DNA of 64,000 nucleotides. It comes from the human T2T-CHM13v2.0 reference genome, Homo sapiens. The stretch is taken from the NCBI RefSeq assembly GCF_009914755.1, contig NC_060932.1. One strand, 5' to 3'. Below, piece by piece: positions 10,601 to 25,266 of the stretch (position 1 is the stretch's first letter; every line of letters begins with the position of its first letter). The notes under the pieces were generated by a model. The model was not told where the DNA came from. It saw nothing but the letters and a program-made list of their open reading frames with translations, and searched no databases. Made by a program: the position numbers and the translations under genes.

Positions 10601-11595
10601 TGAGAGGTGACAATGTGCTAGCAGCCCTCCCTCGCTCTCAGCGTCTCCTAGGCCTCGGGGTCCGCTCTGGCCGCTCTGGAGGAGCTCTCCAGCCAGCCGC
10701 TGCCCTGTGGGGTCCCCCTCTCTGGGGCTGGCCGAGGCCGGAGCCGGCTCCCTCTGCTCGCTGGGAGGTGTGGAGGGAGAGGCGCCGGCGGGAGCCCGCC
10801 GGGCGCTCGCAGGCGGTGGCGGTTCCGGGTGGGCGCGGGCTGGGCAGGCCCGCACTCCATGGCCTGCAAGGGCCTGCTGGGCTGGATTAGGAGATGAGCT
10901 CCCTCTGGGCTGCAGGCATGCCCAGGCTAGGTGCCGCAAAGTCCCGCCCACCAGTTGGGCTTCTGGGTCGGATGGGGACCTGGAGAACTTTTCTGTCTAG
11001 CTAAAGGTTTGTGAAGGCACCAATGAGCACTCTGTGTCTAGCTGAAGGTTTGTAAATGCCCCAATTAGTGCTCTGTGTCTTGCTAATTGGGTAGGGGACT
11101 TGGAGAACTTTTGTGTCTAGCTAAAGGATTGTAAACGCACCAATCAGCACTCTGTGTCTTCCTAAATGCTTGTAAATGCACCAATCAGAATTCTGTCAAA
11201 ACGGACCAATCAGCTCTCTGTAAAACGGACCAATCAGCTCTCTGTAAAATGGACCCATCAGCAGGATGTGGGTGGGGCCAGATAAGGGAATAAAAGCAGG
11301 CCACCTGAGCCAGCATGGCAACCCGTTGGGGTCCCCTTACATGCTGTGGAAGGTTTATTCTTTTGCTCTTTGCAATCAATCTTGCTGCTGTTCACTCTTT
11401 GTGTCTGCGCTGCCTTTATGAGCTGTAACACCATGAAGGTCTGCAGCTTCACTCCTGAAGTCAGTGAGACCACAAACACACCAGAAGTTAGAAACTCCGG
11501 GCACACCATCTTTAAGAACTGTAACACTCACTGCAAGGGTCCATGGCTTTATTCTTTAAGTCAGTGAGACCAAGAACCTACCAATTCTGGACACA
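10601..11595 (+). mobile_element. Solo LTR12 (ERV9/HERV9 LTR), 995 bp
   Basis: Starts TGAGAGGTGAC and ends TTCTGGACACA; 4-bp TSD CTAT at 10597-10600 and 11596-11599; GC-rich 5' part and CCAAT tandem array. Confidence 0.93.
10975..11294 (+). promoter_or_regulatory. LTR12 U3 enhancer/promoter: six CCAAT (NF-Y) boxes, GATA site and AATAAA TATA-like box
   Basis: CCAAT at 11020, 11061, 11140, 11181, 11206 and 11230; AGATAA at 11280; AATAAA at 11289. Activity is not shown by sequence alone. Confidence 0.7.
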
Positions 11596-11999
11596 CTATG
11601 GTCTCCAATTTCAGTGAAAGCAGGACTTAGTGAACACCTGCAAACTCCCGGGTACACAGTGTGTGGCCTGCAAAAGCCACTGACACAGACAAAAGCTAAA
11701 GGGCCAAGCAGTGGCAAATCTCAGAAAGTGCCAGCAGAAGTCCACTTCCCAAGGTAGTGCGGCCTATCGGGAGGTACAAAAGCTATATTTTAATTGATAA
11801 CAGCTGGAAAAGATGTGTGCCTGGAGCCTGATGGAGAGGAGGGTTGAGATTAGGCGGAAACTGTGTAGAGGAAGGTGGAGTAGGGAATGTGTCTTTGAGG
11901 TCGTTAATCGTTAAAGAGTTCCCACAAATAATTTGCCAAGGAAAAGGAACAGTACACAGTAAAAACAAAGCTAAGCCTTAAATAAAAACAAAAAAACAG

Positions 12000-13790
<1,791 letters not shown>

Positions 13791-14127
13791 ACATGGATAG
13801 ATTTCATAATAAATCATAATTGTATAATGTTGAATAAAATAAGCCAGTAACACAAATATATGAGTGTATTTACGTTTATATAAAAGTCAAAAGGAGGCAA
13901 AAATTTCACAGATGATATTTTCTTACACATATATTATATATTAAACTATTTTTAAAGGCCCAACAGTTATTACCAAAAAGGTAAAGAAGATGGTGGTGCC
14001 TGCGAGAGAAGGCTGTGGCCCATGGCGGGCCTTCCAGGCAATTGACAGTGTTCCTTATTTGACCTTTTTTTTGATGGCTACATGAGTGTTGATTTTATAA
14101 TTATTCTTTATGCTTTCATAGGTGTTT

Positions 14128-14540
14128 TTGTGGTGAAATATACGTAACATAGAAGTTAGCATTGTAGCCATTTTTAGGTGTACAATTTAGTGGCATTAAG
14201 TCCATTCACAGTGTTGTGTAACCATCACCACCATCCATCTCCAGAATCTTATCATCATCCCAAACAAATGCTTTGTGGCTATTGAACAATGTCTACCCAC
14301 TCCCCTGTTTCCTGTAGCCCCTGGTAACCTCTGATCTACTTTCTGTTTTATTAATTTGCCTAATTCTGGACATTTCATATAAATGGAATCATGCAGTATT
14401 TGTTCTTTTGCATGTGACTTTTTTCATTAAGCATAATGTCTTCAAGGTTCATCCATGTTGTAGCATGGTTGAGAATTTCCTTCCTTTCTAAGGCTGAATA
14501 ACATTCCATTGTATGGATAGACCACATTTGGTTTATCATC
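14128..14540 (-). mobile_element. L1MB 3' end
   Basis: tgtacaatttagtggcattaagtccattcacagtgttgtgtaaccatcacc. Confidence 0.8.
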
Positions 14541-14769
14541 ATATATGTTTTATGTAAATTTCTGTCTTAATATTATATCTAATAAACAGAAAAACAATAT
14601 AGAAAGACATACAAGAAAAAAATTTTAAAATAGGTTATCTGTGGTAGAGGAGGGATGGGAATAGGGAGAATGAAAGACAAGAATAGAAATAAATCTTTTT
14701 GTGCCATTTGATGGTTTTGAATCACTCAGTTTATCACCTATATAAAAAATTAACAATAAATAGTTGATG

Positions 14770-15042
14770 GGTTAAAAAAATAGAATAAATAAGACCTAGT
14801 ATTTGGTAGCTTATTTATTTATAGGGTGACTATAGTCAATAATAATTTAATTGTACATTTAAAAATAACTAAAAGAGTATAATTGAATTGTTTGTAACAC
14901 AAAGGATAAATGCTTGAGGGGATGGATACCCCGTTTTCTGTGATGTGATTGTAATGCACTGCATGCCTGTATCAAAGCATCTCAAGTATCCCATAGACAT
15001 ATATGCCTACTGTGTATTCACAAACATTAAAAATTAAAAAAA
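14770..15042 (+). mobile_element. L1MA 3' end with A tail
   Basis: ataagacctagtatttg...tgcttgaggggatggatacccc...aaaaattaaaaaaa. Confidence 0.8.
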
Positions 15043-16511
15043 GAATGGTTCAATGAATAAATGATTGAAAATGAATGGGGAGTATCTTAACTACCAACGC
15101 ACATATGGGACAGATGTTCAGGGAGCCTCAACCTTCCTCTTTACCAAAATTATCAGGATAGAGAGTGACCTAGCCTGATCTCCTGCCTGAAAGGAGGAGA
15201 TGGAGGAGGAACAAATGAAAGAAGTCAGGAATTAACAGCTCAAAACTGTTCCCGTTATATTAGTCTATTTTTCTCTTGAGAGCAGGACTTTTTATCTTAT
15301 TCATCTTTGTTTTCTGGAACACAATGCTTGGGTCAGTACAGACACAAAAAAGTTGTGTTTTGCTACTGGAAATTAAAATTTAGGAGTAATGAAGATTAAT
15401 AGGAAAGCTGAGAAAATTGAAATATTTTGGGAAATTCATCTTGCTTGCTTTTTTTCCTCCCAGCAGTTTTGGTGATTCTGTGTTAGTCCAGTGAGATACT
15501 CTTAGAAAAAAGATCTGTGAAGTCTCTTGTTTAGCCCCGTGTCACTGTCAGTTAATAGAAAGGGACAGGCTTCTCAGAAAGACTTAGGAAGTTAGAAATG
15601 TATGGTGAAATGACAGTCCCAGCAGTGGTGGCTGGAGCACACCAAAAGTGCTCACCACTGTCCTCTGAGGGCTCTGACCCTGGGCATTTGGCTGGCAAAG
15701 CTCAACGCGGTGTTTCATCAGGGGCAACTAGCTCACATGGACCCCATGAAAATGCATTCTGACTCCCAGAAATTAAGCACCTATTAGGAATATTACACTG
15801 ATTACCCTATAGAGAAAGGAAGACTCAGGGTGGGCTTATAAAGTGTCCATTTTTGTAAGCTTTCTGGCTAAGGTATGTTGCTACCAGTCTCCCCATTGTC
15901 ATTACTTGTGTAACTTATTTTACTGCTAATCTCCTGTTAGAATTAATGATTACTGGCTCCTTTAATTTTAACAATAAAATTGGCGATTGTTGGAGAGAGG
16001 TCAAATTTAAGCATCACACAATCATTTCAATAGATTCCCTAACACTTAAAAATCCACTCCCCAACCCTGCTTTTTTATTTCAGTGATATAGCTGGAGGAT
16101 GATGTGTCAAATTGAATTCCACGGGCCCTTTATTAGCGTTTACTGCATTTTGCCTGCCCAGCACCCATTCCCCACTCTTAAGAACCCCCCACTTTCCTTT
16201 TTAAAAACCAGCTCCTCCTAATGCAAGGGACTGTATTCTTCTTGTCTTGTCCTTTTGGCTGAGGGCAAGGCTTGTGACCCAAGCAAAGCTAATACTTGGA
16301 CTTTAAATCTTCAATGGCAAGAGACTAAAAAATAGTATTCTTGCCTCACACAACAAAGGGTCCCCTCTTCCCCACAACCAGAGTGTTTGTTGTTGAGGTG
16401 TCTGCCCTTGGGCCAAGTGAGCCGTCTGGGTCCCTCCCACCCTGCCACACTGGCTCCACACCCACAAGCTAGTCCTGTCAACTGCCTTCCTACAGTTACT
16501 CAAGATTTTCA

Positions 16512-16836
<325 letters not shown>

Positions 16837-17139
16837 TGCAGCATTAGTTACTCTTTCCTGCAATTAATTAAAGGATTCCAACTAATTCAAACACTTTGCT
16901 CAGCCTGCTTGGGTCCTACTTCCTTTTTCCTCCACCCTGCAGTGTTTTCTGCACGCCATCCCTCTCTTACAGACCTCAATCACTGACCCCCTCCCATCTC
17001 CTCTCATCTGCTTCCTTTAACTCCAGCCTTGAGTGTGTGTGCTGGCATGGGCATTGTTTTAGGATGGAAGTCCTTAAACAACAGGGTAATGGGCTTTTGC
17101 TTGTTATGTTTTATTACTTTTTTATTACTTTGAAGATTA

Positions 17140-17584
17140 TGTGGAAATAAACAAAAGCTATCCAAATGAGAAAAGCAAATGCTATCTTTTCTGACCTTGC
17201 TGTAGCAAGGGAGTCAGCTACCATCGCTTGTGTTTTGGCAGAGACTCACAGGCTGGCAGACGGGTGGAAAGGTGGAGAAGAGGGAAGGCTCCAGGTGTGC
17301 CTTGATGAGGCTGTTGGCCTGGGGAAGCTGGAGGCGGCTAACTAGCTGGGGCATCCTATGTAACTGGTTAGGAGTACATATTTGGCTTTTTCTGGTTAAT
17401 CTTTAGGTGCAAATGGGAGCAAAAAACAGAATCTGATCATGTTGATCTCATCTTGACTGCTGGGGGCCGTTGCTACTGAAGTTGTGTTTTGGCTTCCTGG
17501 GTTGGTTGCTGCAGAGTTTGGGGGTCAGAACTCTATTGTCATGTACAGTCTGCTTATTGTCTCTTTGTTTAATTCAGTCTCTCA
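17140..17584 (-). mobile_element. Solo ERV1-class LTR (family not identified)
   Basis: TG...CA ends with 4-bp TSD ATTA (17136-17139 and 17585-17588); internal cttgctgtagcaagggagtcagc resembles a recalled LTR consensus. Confidence 0.65.
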
Positions 17585-18321
17585 ATTAGCACTTGAGTTT
17601 TGTGGTTTAGGTTACTTATATTTAAGACTCTTTCTCTATACTTTTGTTCCCCAACCTCTTATTTTCATTTCCAGTGCAAAGGAAAGGAAATGATAAGAAA
17701 TAAAATTCTTTGCCCAAAGACACCCGTTAAAACTGAGACTTCTAGTTTCTAATCGCCTGGCATTTTTGTTTTGTTTTACTAAATGGAGATTAACTTTTAG
17801 TTGCTCTATGTAGTCTCTAAATGCAGGTGATCAGGACCTGCATATGAAAAGGTTTTAAAATTCCTTCTGAAACACGTCATCGACTTCTGAATACATTTAC
17901 AAATGAGTCTGCAAAAATGACTAAGTTTTCTTTCCTATATGACTCTGATCAAGATATTATTTCCAAATGTGCTTATACATAAGAATGACCTGGAAAAGTT
18001 ATTTAAGATGCAGACCTCCATTCCTCTTGTAGACTTAATGCACAAGACTTTCTGGAGGTGGAGTCTGAAGCTTTTTGTTGGTTTGTTTGTTGATGTACAA
18101 GAAGCACCCTGGGTGACTCTCATGCAATCTGGCAGGTACTGGTCCTCAGGCTGACATCTGGCAACCTTTGAATTAGGAATTTCACTGCAACATGTTGGTG
18201 AGACTGACACTGTCACATCATTTACCCCTTTTGCAAATGTTGCTGTTGACAGCGTGTGCACATTTACATTGTGTTTCCTGAGGTTTGGAAATTGTGCAGC
18301 TTGGGGGATTTCCAGTTTACC

Positions 18322-18323
<2 letters not shown>

Positions 18324-18361
<38 letters not shown>
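18324..18361. repeat. Perfect (TG)19 microsatellite
   Basis: Counted directly. Confidence 0.97.
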
Positions 18362-18364
<3 letters not shown>

Positions 18365-19499
18365 TTACTACACTTGGAAGGGGAGACAGGTGAAGGCAAA
18401 GCGTGTAAGTCAGGCTGTGTTACTTTTGTCCTTGCCAAAGGTGCTTTCCTGAACCTGGAACAAGTATGAAAAACAAAGCTTCACAATGTTAGAAAGTTCA
18501 AGGAAGAGCAGAGCTGCAGAGTGCCTAAGCACAAAGGCATGTAACGTTTCCCAGTTAATTTGATGAAAGGAGTTGCTGTATCAATTTAACCACAGTGCTT
18601 AAAATAGCTTTTGCTCTAAATTCTTTTGATCACTGGCAGTGCAAAAAGAGACAAGAAACGTTCCATACTGTGTCAGACAATAAGTCACTCACTTCTTCCA
18701 GAGTTGTTCTTGACTAAATGTTAGAGTTCCCCTCAAGACTCTCCTGCCACAGTCCACATACTCAGAGCAGGACAAAACCCAGCAGATGGGGGCTCTGTTG
18801 CTGGTGCAGGGTTTCTCCCTCTGGAGGGGCCCGACACTGACCACTCACATGTTGTCTGGATCTTCAAAAGGATTGTCATCAGTGAAGAAATGCACTGTCA
18901 CTGCCGGTGGGTGTGAGTTCTGCAGAGACAGCCCTGGCTCTTGCAGGCTATGATGTCTGGAAATGCCGTGTCAGTAGGATACCCATGACCACTTCATGAC
19001 ACCCTGGCAGCTCAGACACAAAGGTCCCATGGGGAAGCGTCAGCAAAGGACGTTTCTTAGCCATCGCCTAGTACACACTCCTTAGATATGGCCTCATGTA
19101 TCCATGCAATCATTCCTTCATTCAATAAGCATCACAAAGAATGTGGTGTCACCTCCTATGAGAGCTCCTGCTTCTTCGCACCGGGGTGTGTGCCCCAGTC
19201 ACTTGCTATGCTCTGAGCTCCCTGAACTCTGAACGGAGGCGACACCAAGCTACTTGCAGAGATTCTGACTTACAGAGTCTGTGCCTGTGATCACGAAGTG
19301 CACTCGGGATTGAGGAACCCTTTCTAGAATGGTCTAAGATTCTCAATTACAGTGTAACACATGCTCCATCAACCTTGGTGCTGATGGGAGCTGCAAGGAC
19401 CTTGTTACTAATCATAGGTTCACAAACAGAGTTTGAAAATGGTTTCATGTTCTTTATAAATTGAAGCAGACTCTGTCACTTATTGGCATTTAGATTCTT

Positions 19500-19680
19500 A
19501 TGCTCTGTTCTAAAACATTTGCCTGAATTATCTCATTTAACACACAATCCAAGAGACACAGACTTAGGTCTGTAGTAAAGATGGAACACTGAGGCACACA
19601 GAGACTAAGCTCTCTGTTCGGTTTATCCCACCCTGGGCTGTCGGACCTGGAATTCAAGCTCCACGGTTTCCCATAGGGCA
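19500..19680 (-). mobile_element. MIR SINE
   Basis: tctcatttaa...aaagatggaacactgaggcacacagagactaag. Confidence 0.6.
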
Positions 19681-19987
19681 CAGAACCTGTTGCATAACCA
19701 TTTATTTGAGGCACTCCTTTTTCCTCTTCAGGGATCTTGAGCTATTTTCCAACCATTTTATCCTGAAGCCAACATGAACTTGGCTCTTGTTGAGTGTGGC
19801 ACATCCTCCCTTCTGTGTGCTAGGGAGTGCTCCTGCAATCTGCACGTGCTTCCTTTTTCATCTATCTTCAGATCGTACCTGTCTTCCAAAATCCAGCTCT
19901 CTTTCTTACTATTCCTTTAAAGTGTACCATCCAACAGGTCTAGTGTCCCTGAATACATCTTTAGTATTCAAAATATTGGCCTTGGAG

Positions 19988-20550
19988 AAATACCATTTGA
20001 CCGAACCATCCCATTACTGGGTATACACCCAAAGGAACAAATGTAAGTCATTCTGTTATAAAGATACATGCACATATATGTTCATGCAGCACTATTCACA
20101 ATAGCAAAGACATGCCCATTAGCAATAGACTGGATAAAGAAAATATGGTACGTATACACCATGGAATACTATGCAGTAATAAAATGAAATGAAATCATGT
20201 CTTTTGTAGGGACATGAATGGATCTGGAGGCCAATATCCTCAGCAAACTAACGTGGGAACAGAAAACCAAACACTGCATGTTCTTGCTTATAACTGGGAG
20301 CTGAATAATGAGAACACATGGACACATTGAGGGAACAACACACACTGGGGCCTGTTGGGGGGTTGGGGAGGAGGGAGAGCATTCAGGAAGAATAGCTAAT
20401 TGATGCTGGGCTTAATACCTAGGTGATGTGTTGATCTGTGCAGCAAACCACTGTGGTACATATTTATCTATGTAACAAACCTGAACATCCTGCACATGTA
20501 CTCTGGAACTTAAAATAAAAGTTGAAGAAAAAAGTTGAAGTAAATAAATT
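19988..20550 (+). mobile_element. 5'-truncated old L1PA/L1PB 3' end
   Basis: aaataccatttgacc...cccattactgggtata...tgtaacaaacctgaacatcctgcacatgtac...aataaaagttg. Confidence 0.9.
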
Positions 20551-20744
20551 AATAAAAGATTGGCTTTGGGTTTGCCTTGTAAATATTTGGATCAATAGTA
20601 TTATATAGAGTAGGGTGATTGAAGAAACATGGCCATGTTCTTTGTAAAACTGATACAAATAAAGAACTGTCATGCAGAGTTAAAAAGAAAAATCTCAATT
20701 TAACTTTTAAGTTAAGCCATTTCAACTTGTATTGCACTATGATA

Positions 20745-20920
20745 TTGTTGCAGGAATTTTCCCTAGTTCCGCTAAAGATGGGGTCCTTGTCAGTCCCATG
20801 GCTATGAAAATTTAAGCTCGCAGATGGTTTGAAGGGTGAGTAAGACAGGGTTTTATTGGGTGAAAAGGGAAGAAAAAGGAAAGCAGAGAACCTCCGCAAG
20901 GACAGAGTCCCTGCTAGAGT
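20745..20920 (-). mobile_element. ERV1 (MER4-group) LTR 3' fragment
   Basis: tgttgcaggaattttccctagttccgctaaagatggggtcc; ttttatt is the poly(A) signal on the - strand. Confidence 0.6.
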
Positions 20921-21181
20921 CATATTACTATCTGTAAAATACAGACTATTTGCCCTAAATTTGTCAAAAGTATTCTTCTGGCTTTATCTGACAGTTGATA
21001 TATAGATTGGTAATGTTTATTTGCTTCTTTGTTTTTATAAATTCACCTTTCCACTTGAGAACACTTACTATCTCTACTGTCTTCATGATGAACAAACTCT
21101 ATGGTCTCATATGATGAGGACAAGGTATTATTTTCAGTCAACTTGAAAAACTCCGGTTTATGTTAAAAGATGATTTGGTTG

Positions 21182-22902
21182 CCTATGTTATTTTCCTTGG
21201 AGTTCTATGGTTTCAGATGTTACATTTAAGCCTAATACATTTCAGTTAAATTCTGTATATGCTATAAGACAAGGGTCCACTTTCATTCTTCTGCATGTAG
21301 ATATCCTATTTACTCAACACCATTTATTGAAGAGATTATCCTTTCTTCATTTTGTATTCTTGGTGCTGTTGATGAAAATTAGTATACCGTATGTGCGTAG
21401 GTTCATTTCTGGGCTCTCTATTTTGTTCCATTGGTTCACATGTCTGTTTTTGTGCCAGGACCATATTGTTCGATTACTATAGCTTTGTATTGTAGTTTAA
21501 AATCAGGGAATGTGATGTCTCCACCTTTATTCTTCTTTCTCAAGTTTGCTTTGGCTATTCAGAGATTTTTGTGGTTCCATATGAATTTTAGAATTGCTTT
21601 TTTCTATTTCTGTGAAAAATGTTATTGGAAGTTTGATAGGGACTGAATTGGATATGTAGATTCCTTTTGATACTATGGACATTTTAACAATGATTTTGGA
21701 TATGACACCACAAAAATAGGCAACAAAAGTGAAAGTGAGTGAGATTACATATAACTAAAAATCTGCACAGCAAACAGTCAACAAAATGAAAAGGCAGCTT
21801 ATGAAATACGGGAGAAAATATATGCAAACCATATATCTGATAAGGAGTTAATATCAAAAATATATAAGAAACTCATATAATCCAAAAGCAAAACAAAACA
21901 AGCAACAACAATAAAACCCAAATAACCTGATTAAAAAGGTGGCAAAGAACCTGAATAGATATTTCTTTAAAGAAGGCATACATGCCAGCAAGTATATGAA
22001 AAGGTGTTCAGTGTCACTAATTATCAGAGAAATGCAGGTCAAAACCACCAGGAGATATCACCTCACATGATAGAATGAGTAATCAAAGAGACAAGAAATA
22101 ATAAGGATGTGGAGGAAATGGAACCCTTGTACACTGTTGGTGGGAATGTAAATTGGTACAGCCATTATGGCAAACGGTTGTGAAGGTTTCTTTAAAAATT
22201 AAAAATAGAACTAACATAGAATCCAGCAATTCCACTTCTGGGTTTATATCTAAACATAATAAAATTAGTATCCTAAAGAGATATATTCTCTCGCATGTGT
22301 ACTGCACTACTCACAATAGCTAAAGTATGGAAACAAGTGCCCATTGATGGATGAATGGATAAAGAAAATGTGGTGTGTGTATGTGTGTGTGTGTGTTGTA
22401 CATATATAAATGTCAATAATAAATACATTGGTATTCATTGTGTTGTGGTACATATATATATATAGTATATATATATATAATATGAAGAAAAATATACATA
22501 TTATTCAGGCATAAAAAAGAAAGAAATCTTGCCATTTGAAACAACATGGATAAACCCCAAAGACATTATACTAAGTGAAATAAGCCAGACACAAAAAGAC
22601 AAATACTATATGATCTCACTTTTTAGTTGTGGAGTCTAAAAAAGGTGAACTCTTACAAACAGAGTAGAATGATGATTGCTAGCAATGAAGAGTGGGTAAA
22701 ATGGGGAGACGCTGATGGAAGGGTACAAACTTTCAGTTATAAGAGAAACAAGTTCTGGGGATGTAATGTATAGCATTGGTGAAAATGGATATGCTAATTT
22801 ATTTGATTGTGATGATCATTACATGATGTACATGTATATTAAAGCAGTCTGTTGTATGCCTTGAATATATGCAATCTTTATTTGTCAATATTAAAAAAAA
22901 AA
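21182..22902 (+). mobile_element. L1MA insertion with 5' inversion (21182-~21690 antisense, ~21691-22902 sense)
   Basis: Orientation switch near 21690; A tail at 22893-22902; 17-bp TSD with 2 mismatches. Confidence 0.8.
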
Positions 22903-22982
22903 CATGACTTGGTTGATTTGAACAATGTTGTCTCAGATACTTTGGAATCATTTTTTAAAAATTCAGACTTATTAAGGCATAA

Positions 22983-23260
22983 TTTTTTTCTTTTGCAACT
23001 TTTATTTTAGATTTAAGGATATATATACAAATGTGTTACCTGGATATATTACATGATGCTGAGGTTTGGGGCACAAATGATCCGATCATCCAGGTACTGA
23101 GCATAGTACCCAACAATTAGTTTTTCAACCCTTGCCCCACTCCTTCCCTCCCCTGCAGTATCTACTGTTCCCATCTTCATGTCCATGAGTATGTGATGGG
23201 TAGCTCCCACTTATAAGTGAGAACATGTGGTATCTGGGTTTCTGTTCCTGCATTAATTAA
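22983..23260 (-). mobile_element. L1PB/old L1PA 3' end nested in an older L1M
   Basis: caacttttattttagatt...gctgaggtttgggg; flanking aagg(c/t)ataattt duplication. Confidence 0.75.
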
Positions 23261-23261
23261 C

Positions 23262-24100
23262 AAGGTATAATTTACATACACTAAAATTGTACCCTTTATT
23301 GGTGGACAATTTGATGAGTTTTGACAAATGTGTCTAGTCACATAAACACCACCACAACCAAGATATAGAATATTCCTATTATGCCAAAAAGTTCCCTTGC
23401 ATCTATTTTGTCTTTTGTCAAACTTCTTTCCCTACTCCCAGCTCCTGGCAACCACTGATGTATTTCTGTCCTTGTAGTTTTGTCTATTTGTGACTGGCTG
23501 ATAAAGGAATCATACAGTTTAACACTTTTTATGTCTGGCTTTTTTCACTTAACATAATGCTTCTGAGGTTCATTTATATGGTTGTATATATTATTAGGTA
23601 TTTCTTTTATTACTGAATAAGTGTTCCATTGTATAGATATACCACAATGTGTTTATCTATTTATCAGTTAGCCTTTAGGGCTGCTTTTGTTTGGGGCTAT
23701 TATTATAATAATAAAGCTGCTATAAATATTTGTGCAAAGGTCTTTGTGTAGACATCGCTTCTCATTTCTTTTAGGTATGTGTTTAGGGGTGGAATTGCTT
23801 GGTCATATGGTAAGTGTATGTTTAACTTTACAAGAGACTGCCAAATTTTTTTAAGTGTGGCTGTACCATTTTGCATTCTCACCAACTATATATGAGAGTT
23901 GTACTGCATCTTCTTGCCAACACTTGGTACTATCAGTTTTCAAATTTTAGCCATTCTAGTGTGCATTGTGGTATCTCATTGAAGTTTTCATTTGTATTTT
24001 TCTAGTGACTAATAATACTAAGCATCTTTTCAAGTGTTTGTTTTTCATCTGTATCTCTTCTTTGGGGTGTGTCTCTGCAAATATTTTTTACATTTTTTCA
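23262..24100 (-). mobile_element. L1MC/L1MD 3' region
   Basis: ttgatgagttttgacaaatg...accaccacaaccaagatatagaa; antisense ORF2 C-terminus (ORF 23703-23885). Confidence 0.75.
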
Positions 24101-25266
24101 TTAGATTGAGACTCATTTTAAAATGTCTTTCCTTCTTTTCCAAATGTTGATCAAGAAGAGGATGTACTTATCTCTTTACCCAGATTTCTTGTGTGCTTAA
24201 AATGAGAAATACTCTTCCCTCCCAGTGCCCCACTGTCTACCTTTTAAAACCAGGGTAAGAGAAAAAAGAACCCTTGGGAATGTAGCCGGAAATATGAGGA
24301 ATTATATCCCATGTCCCCAAGTGTCCATGCGGACACTTTTGCATTCTCCATTCTTTGCTTAGTCCTTCCCATGTGAGTAAAGTTGGTACAAGCAATTGGT
24401 GAGTAATATGGGGAGAAATGACCTTTCCTGCTCCCTATCAGGCAGGTCTGGCTTTCCAGTGGACGGTCATTCTCCCTTTTGGACACACTTCTGTCAGTCC
24501 CTGCTCTCATGACTCAGCAATGAGAGACAGACAGTGAGCAATTATCCACATAGCTGGCCCATAAGGGTCTGCACTGGAGACCCAGTGTCCCCAGGGTAAG
24601 TCACAGATTGATATCTCATCAATGCATCAGTGCTAAGGCATGTTCTCCATTCAGAATACCAAGTATAAAGCTCATAGTTTGAACCTCATCTGCTGCCTGT
24701 GTCTTTTTCTCAATTTATTTGGAACCAACTGGTGTAAGGAGTGTAACTAGCTCCTGGTCATTTCAATGCAGTCTTGAATGCATGCACTATTTATGGGGTG
24801 CTGTCCTTGCTCCCTCCCTTCCATTCATTCTGTAAACATTTACCAAGTACTTACCATGCTCTAGGTACTGAGGCATTAGGGCTTTGGAAGTGTAAGTGCT
24901 TGACCTTGGAAGATTAAAATATATTTTTATGGGAAAAGGAAAGGAAACATGTATATTATACATTTTCTTAGAGCATCTTTTAAAATCTTTGTCACATCTA
25001 CTTTCTTCACTCTGCCATTGGGTAAAAATAGAAAATTTTTATTCAGTCTTTGATTTCTTTAATGCTTAGTCTATTCCACTTCTCAAAATGTATCCTTCAC
25101 ACAAAGCAACTAACAATATTGAATGTAGGGATAATTTTATCCAGAATATTTTACAGGTTCATGTTTGCAAACGTTATCACCATTAGATTTTAATGTCTTA
25201 TAGAAGTCACTCTGGTCTGTTTAGTATGCAGTACTTAGCTCATCACAGCCACTGCAGTTATGCATG

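Noticed and set aside
10975-11260. Repeat array superficially like a CRISPR
   Set aside because: These are contiguous 24-41 bp LTR12 U3 tandem units without unique spacers, in a primate genome with no cas genes
10564-11567. Stack of overlapping GC-rich ORFs on both strands
   Set aside because: They lie in LTR12; high GC content suppresses stops and there is no recognisable protein motif
15450-15860. Possible extra exon after the acceptor-like ttttttcctcccagcag
   Set aside because: No PLAT-like or other coding signal; isolated acceptors are common by chance
17935-18469. 167-aa ORF with a (TH)n run and its antisense (CV)n ORFs
   Set aside because: Produced by the (TG)19 microsatellite; no domain signal
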